Assembly: GCF_024223415.1 (NCBI RefSeq)
Contig: NZ_CP100502.1
Length of the DNA: 64,000 nucleotides
Source of the DNA: Escherichia coli
GTDB taxonomy: Bacteria > Pseudomonadota > Gammaproteobacteria > Enterobacterales > Enterobacteriaceae
Reading direction: 5' to 3' (one strand)
The notes under the pieces are model-generated. The model worked only from the letters and a program-made list of their open reading frames with translations. It had not been told where the DNA came from and made no database searches. The stretch's first letter is position 1. Each line of letters begins with the position of its first letter. Of this stretch, positions 16,335 to 27,576 are shown one piece after another. A program made the position numbers and the translations under genes.

Positions 16335-17009
16335 TTAAAATACTTCGGCTACAGGCATGCCTGCAATCTGCTCCCACTCCTTACGCTTCTCCTGAATTAG
16401 GCGAGGAAAGTCGACAGGGTAATCATATCCTCTTTCTGCCATTGCATGCATTGTATCCGCCATCATTTTGGGATGGATGCATCCTGACGGAATTGAGACC
16501 ATTGGTATATTTATGTATTTTGTATAAATCTCTAGTGTCTTGGCGTCGGTCACAGTGCGTGTGAAGTTGTCAATGTCAAAGCCGATAATATCCATTATAT
16601 TTCCAGGGTAAGCACGAGCATACAGCATAGTGCCTTTTTTGGTATCCACGCCAAAATAGACGCCCTGAGTAAAAGACAGTCCCTCATATTCTTTGTCAGG
16701 TGAATAAAAACCGGTGTTTTTTATCTCCGCGACAATTTTTTTTATTTTGTCTTTTCTTGAGCTTGCTCGGGAATACATCAATATTGCAGGGGCAATTAGT
16801 AAAAACAGACAGACGCAAGTATAAATATAATCTTCTTGCGTCACATATCTTGAAGATGTAATGGAGAGCAATCCGAAAAGAATAAAAATGGATAACACTG
16901 GTATGCTTATGAAATATATAAATCTAAGGGCGTAATATAATGTCCACCAAGCAGGATATCTATTGATTGTTTTTACCATTTGCATAATAAACCCTCCATA
17001 AACACTCAT
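16335..17009 (-). CDS. excA: ExcA entry-exclusion inner-membrane protein, 224 aa
   Basis: Membrane protein immediately downstream of the traY-like gene; AT-rich; position matches R64 exc. Confidence 0.6.
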   Translation of the reverse strand: MSVYGGFIMQMVKTINRYPAWWTLYYALRFIYFISIPVLSIFILFGLLSITSSRYVTQEDYIYTCVCLFLLIAPAILMYSRASSRKDKIKKIVAEIKNTGFYSPDKEYEGLSFTQGVYFGVDTKKGTMLYARAYPGNIMDIIGFDIDNFTRTVTDAKTLEIYTKYINIPMVSIPSGCIHPKMMADTMHAMAERGYDYPVDFPRLIQEKRKEWEQIAGMPVAEVF

Positions 17010-17058
17010 CGATATTTTAATGCGATTGAGTGTTTATGGCAAGGTTGTTTTATTAAAT

Positions 17059-19296
17059 TTATCCTTTTATTCCATCTTTATTATCATCCTTTGTGACATT
17101 TTTTAGTCTGTCCTCTCTAACTCCAGGGCTGTGTCTAATATTTCTATTAGAACCTGCAAAAATATCTTTTACTGATGAGGTGAGGTTGCCAAGAGTATTT
17201 ACACCATCTCTACCACCCAAGAAATTGATAACATGGTCAGGAAGATATGCTTGTAAAGCAAATATTGCAGCTACAGACGTTGTACACATACGGGCGTAAA
17301 TTAGCAGGAACCCGGCAAGGCTGAATATCCCTGTTAATGATTTTACCTGTACGTTAACTAGTGCTGCGCCAAACAGTGAGTTTAATATTGTGCCGACGGC
17401 AATGATGGCGACAGAGGCAAAAAAGAAACCGAATACCATGAGAGGTGGTCTTATCATGCTGTCAATTAAGTATATATATCCGTAAGCTGCTCGACTTCCT
17501 CTGTCCTCTGATGTTCCTAGATGTGTTGCTGCCCACAGAGGCCCGGCAGTGCATCCTATTAATACGCTTACTATCCAGTTCCCAATGCCTGTCATCCAGA
17601 AAATGAATGGTATAAATGGTAGGTAAATTGATAAGGAAAAACCCGCACAAAACAACAGGAACAACAAGAAATATATTGGGGGAGCTGCAGCATCCAGCAG
17701 AGCAACAAATCCTTTAGGTAATCCAGAGAACAAATTAACAGCCTTTCCGAAAATAGAGTTATCACCCATTGTCGCGAGAACTCTGACAGTTGTATATCCT
17801 GTCCAGAGAATTTCTGTTGTACCCAATGTATAATCGCCGATGTTTTTCATCTTAATTAATGGGTTAACTTGGTTGCTGGTTGTTCCTGTTCCTGACCATT
17901 CAGTAGCAGCTTGGTTTGTCCATTTTAATATGGTTGGCGCTATACTTTTCATGACCACACTTTGTGGGTCTGTGCTATTAGCTGCATTACTTTCATCTTG
18001 AGTTGTTATCGTTCCTATCGTTGGAGTATATGTGGAGTTCTGTAATTGAGTCTTGTATGCCCCCATAACAGCACTAAATAAATCAGTATCGCCAACTTCC
18101 CCAAGTGATGACATTGAAGTTACAGCTGGAGCTCTGTCAGCCAGCTCTGCCAGACGCTGGTTAGCAGTGGCAAAGGTCTGATACCACGCGCCAAGCGTCA
18201 CCCATCCATAGGTTGTGAGATAAGACTTGAGAGCTTCTTTCCTGGATTGTTCTCCGTTATCAATAGGTAGCGATTTTTGTACAGCGCGTTCATACTCGTC
18301 GGCTGCTCTCTGAATCCGTGTCTCGATATCCGGCAATATTCCGTTGCCAGAATTTCTTTTTTCCAGAAATGTTGTCACAAACTCACTGGCAGCGTTGTCC
18401 ATGTCGCTAATCATATTATCCATGGCTGCACGTTGTGCTGAGATAACACCGCTGTATTCGTTTTTACTGAAGGGATTAAAGAATTTTCCAATCGTCGATT
18501 GATCTGTTGTTCCGTTTCCTTCTACTGACAGGCTGGCTGAACCACAGATACCGCTGCCATTGGATACCGTGACAGTGTAATTACCACTGGCGGTTTTAGC
18601 TGATTCTGTCATCAGTGAAGTCGAGGATTTGACCGTCTGATTAAAATCATTTAGTCCTGCGTTAACCGCATACTTACACAGTTCCATTTCAAAAATGCCA
18701 CGCGCTGCTGTTCGTGTGGATGCCTGAACTGGCTGTACAGTCATTGAATAACCATTTGCGATATTATCAGCGGCAAGTTGCACCATCACATTGGCGGACC
18801 CAACCCCCATTATCGATGCGCCCCATAACATAATGAGCTGAGCGATACTCCAGCCATTTCCGGTTGGAACGATCATCAGAAAACCTGCAACGACACTCAG
18901 TGTGCCGACGATATCGCGTCCGGTGCTGAATACCTGTCCCTGATGCCCCGAACGCACAACATGACGGATACCAATGAACATAAACCAGACAACGGCAAGT
19001 ACGGCGATGATACTGTTGAACGCCCCGAACATGCTTCCGATCAGAGTGGGGGCGCTGGTTGACAGTGGATTGGTGACTACATCACCGAATATCGTGACCA
19101 GCGCCTGGCGAGACAGATCGTCAGGATTGGTTGCGGCAGACACAATATCCTGATAGGTCACTGAAGCCATTGCCGGCAGTGAGGATATAGCAAGGCCTGC
19201 ACAGAGTGCGCGAAGTAAAATTTTCACAGTAACTCCGGAATAGAATTGCGTATGGGCAAAGGCCACACAGGATTTAATTAAGGGGGATGGCGACAT
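17059..19296 (-). CDS. traY: TraY, polytopic inner-membrane transfer protein (DotA-like), 745 aa
   Basis: 745 aa matches R64 TraY; multiple transmembrane segments. Confidence 0.75.
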   Translation of the reverse strand: MSPSPLIKSCVAFAHTQFYSGVTVKILLRALCAGLAISSLPAMASVTYQDIVSAATNPDDLSRQALVTIFGDVVTNPLSTSAPTLIGSMFGAFNSIIAVLAVVWFMFIGIRHVVRSGHQGQVFSTGRDIVGTLSVVAGFLMIVPTGNGWSIAQLIMLWGASIMGVGSANVMVQLAADNIANGYSMTVQPVQASTRTAARGIFEMELCKYAVNAGLNDFNQTVKSSTSLMTESAKTASGNYTVTVSNGSGICGSASLSVEGNGTTDQSTIGKFFNPFSKNEYSGVISAQRAAMDNMISDMDNAASEFVTTFLEKRNSGNGILPDIETRIQRAADEYERAVQKSLPIDNGEQSRKEALKSYLTTYGWVTLGAWYQTFATANQRLAELADRAPAVTSMSSLGEVGDTDLFSAVMGAYKTQLQNSTYTPTIGTITTQDESNAANSTDPQSVVMKSIAPTILKWTNQAATEWSGTGTTSNQVNPLIKMKNIGDYTLGTTEILWTGYTTVRVLATMGDNSIFGKAVNLFSGLPKGFVALLDAAAPPIYFLLFLLFCAGFSLSIYLPFIPFIFWMTGIGNWIVSVLIGCTAGPLWAATHLGTSEDRGSRAAYGYIYLIDSMIRPPLMVFGFFFASVAIIAVGTILNSLFGAALVNVQVKSLTGIFSLAGFLLIYARMCTTSVAAIFALQAYLPDHVINFLGGRDGVNTLGNLTSSVKDIFAGSNRNIRHSPGVREDRLKNVTKDDNKDGIKG

Positions 19297-19323
19297 GCCA
19301 GTGGTACTGGCATCTGGACGTGA

Positions 19324-19908
19324 TCAGTATTGTTTACTGGTTACGGCAATTAATGTGGCATTGCGCCAGCCATTGCGGTCGTTCAGAAAATCACGGAAAG
19401 TCCCCTGCTCGGGTTCGCTGACTTTTCGTTCATGCAACTGCCAGAGGCGGTATGTAACAATCAGTGCTCTGGAAGCACAAAGAGCGACGCCTGACAGTAT
19501 CAACACAAGAGTGCTGATGGCGCGTACCAGAGTCGTAAGAGGTAATGAAGAGGCGGCAAAGAGCATACCACTGAGAAACAAAGCGATGGCCAGCAGACTC
19601 CAGCAACAGAATCGCCATACTGTTCTGCGCCGGCGGAAACGACGATCCAGATCGTCTACTGACATATGGCTGGCCTGCAGAGCTTCTTCCCACGTGAGGT
19701 GGAGTTGCGCCTTTTTATTATTTACCTGACGAAATCTGTCCAGCCTGCGTTTTTGTTGTTCCAGCATATGCTGTACAGAATTCGTTATCAGGCGAGTCTC
19801 CATCAGAGGAACAAAAATGTTAATAATCCCCCGGGTGGCTATGCGGGTTATGGATGGTGATTTTTTGACGTTTTTCGTCTGGTCTGAATTTTCCGGTAAC
19901 TTATTCAT
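19324..19908 (-). CDS. traX: TraX-like membrane protein, 194 aa
   Basis: Positional assignment; hydrophobic segments. Confidence 0.55.
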   Translation of the reverse strand: MNKLPENSDQTKNVKKSPSITRIATRGIINIFVPLMETRLITNSVQHMLEQQKRRLDRFRQVNNKKAQLHLTWEEALQASHMSVDDLDRRFRRRRTVWRFCCWSLLAIALFLSGMLFAASSLPLTTLVRAISTLVLILSGVALCASRALIVTYRLWQLHERKVSEPEQGTFRDFLNDRNGWRNATLIAVTSKQY

Positions 19909-19936
19909 TTTTTCAGTCCTGTTCTGACGTCAGCTT

Positions 19937-21139
19937 TCAACGTGCGTTTGCCTGATTGATTGTTTTCTCAAGGCTACCGAGTTGTTTTTCATAATACTGG
20001 CGGGCGGTCAGAGCCAGTTGCTGTCCAGAGATGACATTACCCTGGCGGATCTGTTCTTTCAGGTCGTTCAGTTGCCAGTTCATTTGCGCAGTGATTCTTA
20101 CCAGTTCACGGAGCAGGTTATCTCCCTGCATTTCCTGTAAATCCACCAGGTATGCTGTGTTGGCGTAGCGCCGGCCAGCCTCAAAAGCTTCAAACTCACG
20201 GGTACTCATATATCCCCGTGCTTTTGCTTCTGGTGAAGCCACCTGGTCGAAGTAAGCGGCCGCTGAGTCTGACTGCAGTGTTTCAGCCAGTGCTTTACGT
20301 GTGCTTTCATTAGGCGTGCTGTCAGCAATCAGCGTCAGTTGGGGATTCGACGCAGAATCAATGATGCCGTTGTATTCGTTCTGGAGTCCGACGTAGGTTC
20401 GCCCACTCTGGGTATTCACTTCTCCTTTACCCAGAGCACGACCGGCAGAGGGGCGGGAAGTGTTTTTCATGTAAGCCGTCGCTGCATCTATTTGCTTCTG
20501 ATCCCATGTCAGTGCTGCAGGTGTGTCCGCTGTACCTGCGCCGTGGTAAATCGAGCGTACCTGACTGTCTCCACCTGGTATTTCGCCCACAGAAGGACAA
20601 ACGGCGGTTCCTCCAAAACGTGCATATTCTGCTTCTGTACAGTAACTGGCGTGTATGGCCGCGCCATCATAAGCTTCCCGCACGGGAGAGTTTGCTGCGC
20701 TGGCCAGACGGTCGCGGATGCTACGGTTGCTCACACCGCCACCTTTACTGAGTTTTGAGGCTGCGGATGCTGAGGCACTTTTGCTTTCTGTTGCAATCCC
20801 TGATGCGGATTCACTGCAGATGGAGTCTGGCACGGTGAAGCTTTTCCGTGCCTCCTCGAGGCGCTGAGTTTCATTACTGAAAATCATCTGCTGACGTGTC
20901 GCCTGTCCGTTCTGGGCAATGACACTTGCCAGCTTTTCAGAGTTCTGATTGATAGCGGTACCCGTGGCTGTCTGGGTACTCAGTATGTTGCCAAGGACAT
21001 CTTTGATGGCTTCCATTCTGGGGATGACCTGCTCTTCAACAGGCCGGCTGGCGACGACGGTGACTGAATAAGCATGAGCCTGGCATGCCGTTCCACTCAG
21101 GGTGGCTATAAGGGCTGCGAGTAATGTTTTTCTTTGCAT
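19937..21139 (-). CDS. traW: TraW-like exported/lipoprotein, 400 aa
   Basis: Signal peptide MQRKTLLAALIATLSGTAC; positional assignment. Confidence 0.6.
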   Translation of the reverse strand: MQRKTLLAALIATLSGTACQAHAYSVTVVASRPVEEQVIPRMEAIKDVLGNILSTQTATGTAINQNSEKLASVIAQNGQATRQQMIFSNETQRLEEARKSFTVPDSICSESASGIATESKSASASAASKLSKGGGVSNRSIRDRLASAANSPVREAYDGAAIHASYCTEAEYARFGGTAVCPSVGEIPGGDSQVRSIYHGAGTADTPAALTWDQKQIDAATAYMKNTSRPSAGRALGKGEVNTQSGRTYVGLQNEYNGIIDSASNPQLTLIADSTPNESTRKALAETLQSDSAAAYFDQVASPEAKARGYMSTREFEAFEAGRRYANTAYLVDLQEMQGDNLLRELVRITAQMNWQLNDLKEQIRQGNVISGQQLALTARQYYEKQLGSLEKTINQANAR

Positions 21140-21720
21140 TTTATTGTCTCCTGCTCGGGATGGAGCACAAGGTCAGGAAGGCTGTCGTATTTTCTGTTTT
21201 CAGGTAGTGGGGCCAGTGGGAAACACTGAAATCGCCTGGTGATATAACCTTTCCTGTTCCGGTTATCGATGATGCTGAAAGAACGACGTCTGACGCGCCG
21301 TAAGGTGGAAGGGTCAGTATCCATAACAGGCCAGTCACCGGCACTCAGTGCCGGCGTTCCGGGAACGGATGGCCATAACCAGGTATCATCGGACATCAGC
21401 GAAGCCAGCGGTGAAGGGAGTATCCACTGGATGACATGCTGAACGTCGAATGGTGCTTCATCCGGGACAGAAACCTGCCATATTGCCGTTGTTATCAGCT
21501 CATCTGTGCTGGACGGCAACAACAACCGCATGCCTGTAACCTTTCCCTGTGTTCTGGCATCCGAGGCGTATATCACTCTGGGATTGGGAGCCGGATGTAA
21601 CCTGAAGACACGTGACGGCAGAGTGAATGAGAAACTGTCACCTTTTACCTCAAGTTTTTTAAGAAATACCTGCCCTCTGGCAGGTCTCCGGCAGCGTGGG
21701 GTGATATGAATTGTACACAT
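21106..21720 (-). CDS. traV: TraV-like protein, up to 204 aa (start may be internal)
   Basis: ORF track; overlaps the traW start. Confidence 0.5.
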   Translation of the reverse strand: MCTIHITPRCRRPARGQVFLKKLEVKGDSFSFTLPSRVFRLHPAPNPRVIYASDARTQGKVTGMRLLLPSSTDELITTAIWQVSVPDEAPFDVQHVIQWILPSPLASLMSDDTWLWPSVPGTPALSAGDWPVMDTDPSTLRRVRRRSFSIIDNRNRKGYITRRFQCFPLAPLPENRKYDSLPDLVLHPEQETIKCKEKHYSQPL

Positions 21721-24700
21721 CAGAGATTGTATCCCTGTTTTCGGATGAGCTCCGAGGCCAGTTCTTCAATAACATTGTCACTGTTATGTTGGCCCGCCCG
21801 GTGCTCAATTAATGACGTTGCAGAACCTCTGGGGAAGTTTTCGGCCAGAATCTTACGTGCTCGAACTGAACCTAACTTATTTGTCAGTGTTTTACGCAGG
21901 GCACTGTCTTTTGGCGATGAGTTCAGCGCCCATAGCTCCAGTGGACCGACGGTAAATTTGAGTATTCTCGCAAGCGTGCCACTTTTTACCCTGAATACTC
22001 CCAGAACAGGAACACCACTACCATCTGGTGCCGGGCCTTCCGGCATTTTCAGGAAGCGTTTCAGCATAAATTCAGGAACGTTGAAGTTATCCCTCAGTAC
22101 GGGGATATCTTCGGGTTTGTAGCGCAGTAACCAGAGAGTATTTGCTGACTTAAGAACGCTTTCCGGGTAGTCCCTCAGATACTGCGTACTCAGAACCGTG
22201 CGGATAGCAAACTTGCGTTGCTCACGCTCCTGGGTATCCAGATTTTCCCAGATGAAGTCAATGCCCCGGGCGTTATGCAGTTCATCATAAACTTTTGTCT
22301 TAACCTCCTGATCAAGTTGGTTAATACGTTTAAGAGCGATTTCATGGTATTCCCGTGGAAGCTGCTTTAACACTTCATCCCTGTATTGTGGCAGGGTGAA
22401 GTCACCACCGGCGATCTGACCTGCAAGCAGGTACATGATGCCGGTTTTAAGCCTGCCTGCAGGCGTTTTGTCACCGGCAACATTATTCAGATCGACAGCG
22501 ATGACCCGGGTTTCCGGGTTGATCATAAACCGGGTATACCCGGATATCATGGGGTAGTCGTTATGTCCCTGCTCCAGGGCGCGGCGGATGTAGTCCAGCA
22601 GAAGCTCGTTTGAACCATCACGCTGAACAGTACCGAAAACATCCCTGAGACTGGTATGGCCCAGCATCGAGGACACTTCGGGAAGCTGGGGCATTGCCTG
22701 ATAATGTGCCCGCTGAGCCGCCATGATATACCCGGCATTGTGGAGCATATCCCGGACTTCAAACCAAGTTGATCTGGCCCACCAGGCTGCATCATGTTTT
22801 TCATACAGTCCCGAGTCCTGCAGTGCTGAATCCACCAGTTCTTCCGTTGAGGCGCGATAAAGTCGCGGATTATTTTCACCGTACTCTTTAAAAGCCAGCT
22901 CGATAAGCTGGTTGATAATTTGTCGGGTGTCTCCGGGGTTACAGGGTTGACCGGTACCGGTATCGACACAGAGAGCACACAGCACCGATGACATGAAATT
23001 CTTTTCCGGCGTAATAGGCTTTTTAGCGCCGTACATCACGTCAAAAAGGTTACGGGTGTATTCCGGATCATTGCTCAGAATAATACCGACAGCTTCGTCT
23101 TTTCTTTCCGGAGGAAGACTGTCGCGAATAAGCTGAACCAGTCCCTGAGCACTGTATCCCTTATCGATATAGGCAATGAAGGGCAGGTTTTTCTGAGCAG
23201 ATGATATCTGTATTTCCGACAATGTATTAATCAGAACTGATTTACCCAGTCCCGGATCGCCTGGTGCGAGTTCTGTATGTTTATTTTGTTGGGATGACGC
23301 CAGACCAACCTCAATTGCGGAACCGTCTTCTGTATGTAACATCAGATTCCCTTTGCCTCGCCAGACAGAGCCTGCCCTGTTAAGCGGGAAAAGCGAGATG
23401 GCATGTGACAACGGGGGATACAGGGGAACCGGGCCGGAGCCTCCGGATGCCGCGAGAATGGTATTCACCCAGGCGCGTCGGGGATCGCCAAATGTTGTCG
23501 TGGTGCCACATACGCCCCAGCCTTCAATGGCTGATTTCAGAATGGCCTGGTTTCGTGTGCATATTTCACGTGTTTTTCCCCACGTGGAGGCCATGATGGT
23601 CATTATGCAGACAGGTTCTTTTTCATCCGTTGCCGCCAGGGCCATAACGGATTCATACATTGGACGAACGGCAGAAATGAAACTGCTGTAAGTCAGAAGC
23701 GTTTTCTTCAGATTAAGAGCCTTCATCCCGCCGGGCATCAGATCCATTCTGATGCGCCAGGGGACTGCGCGGGGGACGGCACGGACCAGTTCGTTAAACG
23801 TCTGCAGATTTTGCGGAGGTAAAGTAATCGATACCATTCCGTGCCAGAGTCCGCCCGCCTGAACCAGGTTGCCCTGTGTGGTCACCTGAGTGTTGAATAA
23901 CTGCAAATGCAATGAAGGAGCATGTAGTACGGATTCATCGTCAGTCCAGCGATATCCCGCTGGCTGGGCATCTTCAGGCAGGTGGGGTTGCCAGTTACGC
24001 GGTGTGCTGTGCCGTTCTGTCTGACGACGTATTTCACGCCCGACCTCGTGTATATCCAGTAGCCGGAGAATCAGGCCATCAGATGAATGTCTCAGTGCCT
24101 GTTCCACATTATCAAGAAAAGCTTCGTGGCGGATTTTCAGTGCAGATAAGGTCCACTGCCAGGGGGACTGGGCAAAGCGTGCTTTCGGTACCCGTTCAGC
24201 CAGTCTTCTGACAAGCTCATCATGGGCGGTGCGATCGCTGTTGCTGATAAGGTCGGGTCCACTCCAGATCGCCAGCCAGCAACGCTCCCGGACCAGCCAT
24301 GGGGACAGTGTTGTGACTTTCTCATCGACCACATCCTGTAACTGGATACCTGTATTAGCCAGTGAGCGCTTTTGTGGGGCGACCATGTCTTCGATTTCTT
24401 CTTTCCCCATGTCAGGATCACGCTCAAAAACGAAGCTGATTTTATGACCGCTGTTTTTATATGCCGTATTCAGGCTGTCACTCATGCTGGTGATCAGCGA
24501 TTCCAGTGAACCTGGGCCAGTCTGGTCGGATGCTTCATCCATTTCCCTGAAAGCACCGCTGACTTCAAAGACAGAGAGATATTCTCCACGCTTTGTGGCT
24601 GCAATATAGGGCGAATTCAGCCATGGGCGACGTTCACGATCCTGTCTGTCCAGACCTATTACAGTACGTAAATCGCAATACTCAACAAAACTGCTTGCGA

Positions 24701-24764
24701 CAGAGAAACGGGATAGCGTGTTCAGACAGTCTTCGATAGTGAAGATTAAACGGTTTATGTTCAT
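21720..24764 (-). CDS. traU: TraU, VirB4/DotO(IcmB)-family ATPase, 1014 aa
   Basis: Internal ATG 24764 with SD ggag gives 1014 aa (R64 TraU length as I recall); Walker A PGDPGLGKS. Confidence 0.8.
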   Translation of the reverse strand: MNINRLIFTIEDCLNTLSRFSVASSFVEYCDLRTVIGLDRQDRERRPWLNSPYIAATKRGEYLSVFEVSGAFREMDEASDQTGPGSLESLITSMSDSLNTAYKNSGHKISFVFERDPDMGKEEIEDMVAPQKRSLANTGIQLQDVVDEKVTTLSPWLVRERCWLAIWSGPDLISNSDRTAHDELVRRLAERVPKARFAQSPWQWTLSALKIRHEAFLDNVEQALRHSSDGLILRLLDIHEVGREIRRQTERHSTPRNWQPHLPEDAQPAGYRWTDDESVLHAPSLHLQLFNTQVTTQGNLVQAGGLWHGMVSITLPPQNLQTFNELVRAVPRAVPWRIRMDLMPGGMKALNLKKTLLTYSSFISAVRPMYESVMALAATDEKEPVCIMTIMASTWGKTREICTRNQAILKSAIEGWGVCGTTTTFGDPRRAWVNTILAASGGSGPVPLYPPLSHAISLFPLNRAGSVWRGKGNLMLHTEDGSAIEVGLASSQQNKHTELAPGDPGLGKSVLINTLSEIQISSAQKNLPFIAYIDKGYSAQGLVQLIRDSLPPERKDEAVGIILSNDPEYTRNLFDVMYGAKKPITPEKNFMSSVLCALCVDTGTGQPCNPGDTRQIINQLIELAFKEYGENNPRLYRASTEELVDSALQDSGLYEKHDAAWWARSTWFEVRDMLHNAGYIMAAQRAHYQAMPQLPEVSSMLGHTSLRDVFGTVQRDGSNELLLDYIRRALEQGHNDYPMISGYTRFMINPETRVIAVDLNNVAGDKTPAGRLKTGIMYLLAGQIAGGDFTLPQYRDEVLKQLPREYHEIALKRINQLDQEVKTKVYDELHNARGIDFIWENLDTQEREQRKFAIRTVLSTQYLRDYPESVLKSANTLWLLRYKPEDIPVLRDNFNVPEFMLKRFLKMPEGPAPDGSGVPVLGVFRVKSGTLARILKFTVGPLELWALNSSPKDSALRKTLTNKLGSVRARKILAENFPRGSATSLIEHRAGQHNSDNVIEELASELIRKQGYNL

Positions 24765-24853
24765 AGGTGAGGGAACTCCGGACTTACAGGAGGGAGGTTT
24801 GTGCAGTTTGATTTTTTTAATGCCACCCCGCGCTGGAGTGGCATGAAGAAAAA

Positions 24854-25654
24854 TCAATCAACGTATTCTTTTTTGATGAATGAATCTGGTGTCAGAATCA
24901 GGGCAATCCCGTTCATTTTTTCACGCAGGGGCGAACGACCGGAAGGTGGATAGCGACGAAAAACGTCAGCGAAATCGGCCGGGCGGAAACTGCGGAATTT
25001 ATCCTCAACCGCCAGTCTGTTTTGCATCAGTGCAGAGAGCGCTTCCCGTCCCCGCCGGACCCGGAACTTATCATTACTGAAAACTTCCTGTAATGAACGA
25101 CGGTTAAGGGCCACGACCGTGGATGGATGAAGGTCGGGTAGCCACACCATAACGCCCTGTGCTGCGGCATAACCATTCAGTGAATGCCAGGCGTGGCAGA
25201 AAGCACATAAGCTGTAAGGCGGGCCGTCTTCATGAAACAGTTCCTGCTCTTTCTCTGACAACGACTCTGTACTGGTGATTTCAGCTTTCTGTACATGGCG
25301 GAGTGAAAGACGTCTGGCAGACAGACGGGCCTGCTCAAGCGCCCGTTCAGCGGCTTTTACTGCCGTGTTGTACTTTTCCTTTTCGCCGGTTGCGACTGGT
25401 TCACCACGCTTTTTTAACTTATCCAGATGTTCTGTGGCCTTATTAAGACGAACTCGTGTGTCACTGATTGTGTCGGTAAGCTGTCTGAGTGGCCATGAGT
25501 CATCCAGTCTGAAACGGTGCCTGACGTTTTGCCGGCAGCAGATACATCGACCGGGCGTTGTTAATTCCGGTTCCGGTAACAGTGGCTCCTGTGTATGAAC
25601 CACATCAATTTCTGGAAAGGGATACAACCACAAGTCTTTAATGCTGTGTTGCAT
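24854..25654 (-). CDS. traT: TraT-like protein, 266 aa
   Basis: ORF track; positional. Confidence 0.55.
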   Translation of the reverse strand: MQHSIKDLWLYPFPEIDVVHTQEPLLPEPELTTPGRCICCRQNVRHRFRLDDSWPLRQLTDTISDTRVRLNKATEHLDKLKKRGEPVATGEKEKYNTAVKAAERALEQARLSARRLSLRHVQKAEITSTESLSEKEQELFHEDGPPYSLCAFCHAWHSLNGYAAAQGVMVWLPDLHPSTVVALNRRSLQEVFSNDKFRVRRGREALSALMQNRLAVEDKFRSFRPADFADVFRRYPPSGRSPLREKMNGIALILTPDSFIKKEYVD

Positions 25655-25826
25655 GAGCAGGCTCCGTACTGGTGTAACGTTTCACGGCTTCCAGAATGAT
25701 GTTTGCGATTTCATCGGAACAGCATTCTGCAAAAATGAATTCCTGATCGTCCCGACTGTCGTGGGCAATCACATTGCCGTTTTCTGTTCGTCGTAACGTT
25801 ATGTGCTCCGGGCTCCAGGCAGACAT
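25638..25826 (-). CDS. traS: TraS-like small protein, 62 aa
   Basis: ORF track; overlaps the traT start. Confidence 0.45.
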   Translation of the reverse strand: MSAWSPEHITLRRTENGNVIAHDSRDDQEFIFAECCSDEIANIILEAVKRYTSTEPAHATQH

Positions 25827-25889
25827 ATGTGCCTCCTTGTATTGCCGAACAGGAAGGGCACCGGATAAATGCCAGTGCCCTGGACAAGA

Positions 25890-26294
25890 TTAGCCAATGG
25901 AAATTGTGGAAATCCCCAGCTGTTTCTGGCTGCGACTCATCATTTCAGGTCCGGCGGCAAGTAGCGCCCCAATGACGATAGATAGAATGCAACCAGCCAG
26001 TCCCATCCCCCCTTGTTTCCCAACTTTTTTCAGCCCAATCAGGCCCCCGAGAAACGCAATTACGCCGATGAACTGCGCAATAGTCAGTGATGATGACTGT
26101 GCTGTTTTGGCACCTTGTTCGACATTGCGAACCATATCGGCAAGATCTCCATCGGCAAGAACGGCTTTGGGCAGCAACATCATGGGAATGAGCAGCAGGA
26201 ACTTAGTCAGTTTGCTCCGGCATGACATTACAAACAGTTGTGCGTGGATAAATGCGGCGTACAGACGGGCCGCTACGACACGAATACGTGACAT
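25890..26294 (-). CDS. traR: TraR-like membrane protein, 134 aa
   Basis: ORF track; signal/transmembrane segments. Confidence 0.55.
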   Translation of the reverse strand: MSRIRVVAARLYAAFIHAQLFVMSCRSKLTKFLLLIPMMLLPKAVLADGDLADMVRNVEQGAKTAQSSSLTIAQFIGVIAFLGGLIGLKKVGKQGGMGLAGCILSIVIGALLAAGPEMMSRSQKQLGISTISIG

Positions 26295-26344
26295 AGTTTC
26301 TCCTTAAATGGATATATCAGTGGTTTATATGAAGGTGAAAAAAA

Positions 26345-26872
26345 TCAGAAGACGATTCCAATGCTTGCCAGCAGGGCATTGAGGACACGATCGATAAAGA
26401 CCAGCAGGACGCCGGCAATAAATTTGACGTTTCCCTTACTGACGGATTCACTGGCACTCAGTGCGGTATGTCCATCGAGTCCGGCCTTGCGCCAGATGGA
26501 TATCCCGTTCATGACAAATCCCACACCGGCCAGCTTGGCCAGCGACAGAACTGCATTTGCTGCGCCAGCAGCAGCGCCAAACGTCTGAGGTTGCACATAT
26601 GCAATCGGGCCAAATGAGTCAGCCCTGAATCCCATTTGTACGCCTCCGGCGTTAATCATTGCCGGGAGTGATACGAGCATGCAGCTGGTTAACATCCCCG
26701 CAATAAATTTTCCGGGAGACATTTTTACCGGACCGGCTGAACGGGCGCGGGCAAACAGGGTAATCATGCTGATCACCCCGATGAATTCTCCCCAGGTAAA
26801 CAGGAAATCCATTCCGGCACTGAAAATACTGCTGGCAAAGTTCTCAATGGCGGTCAGGGCATCCATGTTCAT
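26345..26872 (-). CDS. traQ: TraQ-like inner-membrane protein, 175 aa
   Basis: ORF track; hydrophobic. Confidence 0.6.
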   Translation of the reverse strand: MNMDALTAIENFASSIFSAGMDFLFTWGEFIGVISMITLFARARSAGPVKMSPGKFIAGMLTSCMLVSLPAMINAGGVQMGFRADSFGPIAYVQPQTFGAAAGAANAVLSLAKLAGVGFVMNGISIWRKAGLDGHTALSASESVSKGNVKFIAGVLLVFIDRVLNALLASIGIVF

Positions 26873-27576
26873 CAGCGTAACGTCCCTGCACTGGTGATGA
26901 TGGTCCGGGTAGTCGGATCAATCCGCTGGATCACCACATTGCCCAGCGTCTGACCTTCTCTGACAGCCCAGGTACTACCCTGCCAGCGAATCCAGGCCAT
27001 ACCAGTTTCCATCGACATGATTTTCATTCCGTTAAGTACAGACGACGTTTTTTTCTTTGCTGGATGCGGTGTGGAAGAGGATTCAGTGACGCTTTTCTGT
27101 GTCATTATTCCGTTCAGGCGGCTCCGGATATCATCCAGCTGACGGCGTGTTTCCTGTGCGTATTCTTCATCCTTTTTTATAGCTTCGCCCAGCTTGTTAA
27201 TGCTGTCGTGAAGCATATTCAGTGTTGCCTGAATTTTTTCATCGCGGTTATCCAGCTCTGTTTTTACATCCCGGGCAAGCTGGCTCATATCTTCTCCTGT
27301 CCGGACAGTCATAGTCTCAGTGGACTGAACGGAAGGTGATGATTCTTGTGTGGTTTGCCAGGTCTGTACGCCAGCATCCGCATCATTAAACGGAGGCATG
27401 CCTGTTTCCGATGGCGCTCTCAGGAACAGATACCATATGGCTGCGAGCAACACGACTGCACATAGCCCCCATGTTGCTACAGATATCCCCCAGACGGAAC
27501 GTTTCCAGAAGGGGGCGGGTTTCTCTTCGGGTTCACCGAAGCTGCCGGTTTCATCTATTTCTGTTTCAGGTTTCAT
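26872..27576 (-). CDS. traP: TraP-like protein, 234 aa
   Basis: Single transmembrane segment plus coiled-coil region. Confidence 0.6.
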   Translation of the reverse strand: MKPETEIDETGSFGEPEEKPAPFWKRSVWGISVATWGLCAVVLLAAIWYLFLRAPSETGMPPFNDADAGVQTWQTTQESSPSVQSTETMTVRTGEDMSQLARDVKTELDNRDEKIQATLNMLHDSINKLGEAIKKDEEYAQETRRQLDDIRSRLNGIMTQKSVTESSSTPHPAKKKTSSVLNGMKIMSMETGMAWIRWQGSTWAVREGQTLGNVVIQRIDPTTRTIITSAGTLR